From a virus (taxonomy: Duplodnaviria; Caudoviricetes), in IMG/VR virus record IMGVR_UViG_3300023174_000144, positions 10,472 through 74,471 of that record: a stretch of 64,000 nt of DNA; one strand, written 5' to 3'. The notes beneath the pieces are model-generated. The model was not told the DNA's origin. It made no database searches and saw only the letters and a list, made by a program, of their open reading frames with translations. The first letter of the stretch is position 1; every line of letters starts with the position of its first letter. This document shows positions 63,701 through 64,000 of the stretch, one piece after another. The position numbers and the translations under genes were made by a program.

Positions 63701-64000
63701 CAGAATATTCTGTTGCAGTAGGTTTAAAAAATACAATCCCATCTAATTCAGTAAATTCTTTTATATTCGGTGATAGTCATAAATTAGATTTAGCAGATAA
63801 GTCTTCGATTATTGGAGGAAAAAATAATATTATCACTGGTACTCAATCTTTTGTAAGTACTAATTCAAATATCGCTGGTGGAGAAAATAATTATATTCTA
63901 GGTTCTTTTTCAAATATCATGGGTGGAAAAGGAAACGTTGTACAAACAATAAGTACTGGCACAAGTAATATAACAATGCAATGTTTTAGTTATAAAACAA
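60697..64000 (+). CDS. large fibre/baseplate protein with IPT/TIG repeats and GGxxN repeats; runs off the window (not in ORF track)
   Basis: ATGA overlap at 60697. Frame 1 was open in every stretch translated. IRISGKNF and ITVSGENL repeats, VATQILLAE, then SSIIGGKNN/SNIAGGENN/SNIMGGKGN. Confidence 0.8.
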   Translation, partial: MSLAILQLTQSRPIINSIALTGITGDSLLIVGDNFKFGITQLSGQNITNNSSYFNLYGQYKQNISGLNNTIDENSILFTVPSGIEQGANYQLTVFNQAGSSVNNAYLKIIGKPSISGIDIRSGVPDDYIRISGKNFNPAPDFTLIDTLGNRTKPDFISDLYSISSVDITSYGTGYQTGDFIIISGQKPLSSKTHGLLQIAQTGISGSAGAIEIINSGIFTVPFDTNLNLTTSGKSGDGLNFNLIYNNYSSGNFDYLEFQVPYNVKKLQSGLVENLRYKENLGSVITGFNVLGIPEIYTLSSLTGTVDRDKITVSGENLNFVSDVFIGDFGVKFSRIDSNSLNFNVDNYSETNFITVSGKYGSSTNSSLFNVAYPPILASGFNPQDVLIGTGAVINISGKYLQRLNYLNLGQPNILKKYITITNSGKAASFNLPNELKTTEVLAYSVDFPSSGTTVLSPSTNNKLIISQRLNTALLNFDYTSEINAARYLDEIEFFTPDQYTGDGDFGNINNSDIFFLSPTGYTWLTGSFNVSGIKVSNTNGSLRIKVPREVDNPICPIKIIRNKYKDQYILPNNKFVNILPTIYDIGKINSFKTTPDQGILPGGEGKLENMVTGAFIRVSGINAYNATKLIFSGYSGNLNLFGFKKAPTLIPLDFNSSDKSQIDNGNINGYSVFTCRLGGDYTGSGEAFLNHFSYPTGYGYENLNITKNQNIRVYPISGYKPTDSFSFTSSRYQEVDQELPFSYEITTNTLATEYEIFPTTVYGWGNASYPRVYGTGEYIFTGVSNRNKIEGIPYDGGIYFVKIRAKNGLQPDEGMVLQLRFGVSGRSLASPAVFYRGPWKSGLFYVGTTARRDIVKYSNDGSNYWYTTRNHTGNNANLPSALSPFWIRFDTELNSVATQILLAEQSNILSTLTIGQKDDPALFTGCILSANDTNFNVGTGFFLGYDRGFGSLTPDIPKFRVGSDTDGYLKWNGERLSILGSISGVVTSSKNVKDAQNIVDAEYSVAVGLKNTIPSNSVNSFIFGDSHKLDLADKSSIIGGKNNIITGTQSFVSTNSNIAGGENNYILGSFSNIMGGKGNVVQTISTGTSNITMQCFSYKT

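Noticed and set aside
1-64000. Alternative genetic code (stop recoding)
   Set aside because: Long genes are intact under code 11, TAG and TGA stops fall at sensible gene ends, and there is no suppressor tRNA.

Overview
A 64-kb segment of a large AT-rich tailed dsDNA phage, most likely a siphovirus with a lambda-like M-L-K-I-J tail tip. The host may be Verrucomicrobia, inferred from one host-like small gene. Bases 1-11.9 kb are an accessory/early region of ~35 small genes in two convergent arms. They are driven by sigma70-type promoters with an unusually strict 16-nt spacer and mostly leaderless starts. This region also holds 5 tRNAs (including a long-variable-arm tRNA with a UAU anticodon), an HNH endonuclease, ArdC, a SleB-like hydrolase and a promoter-driven ~129-nt structured ncRNA candidate. 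It is punctuated by 10 copies of a 72-73-bp element (two 25-bp palindromes joined by a 22-23-bp GC-rich linker) plus 2 single palindromes. Bases 12.1-64 kb are the late module under a GTGTAA promoter motif: lysis genes, protease/scaffold, major capsid, fibres, neck, twin-domain tail tube, chaperones and a 2789-aa tape measure protein with cargo domains. An inverted tail-tip operon follows, whose gpI carries a Hint domain directly behind the ubiquitin-like domain, then three more tube-fold proteins and Ig-repeat proteins. No portal, terminase, integrase, polymerase or CRISPR array is visible in the window. All family assignments come from motif recognition by eye; no database search was run.
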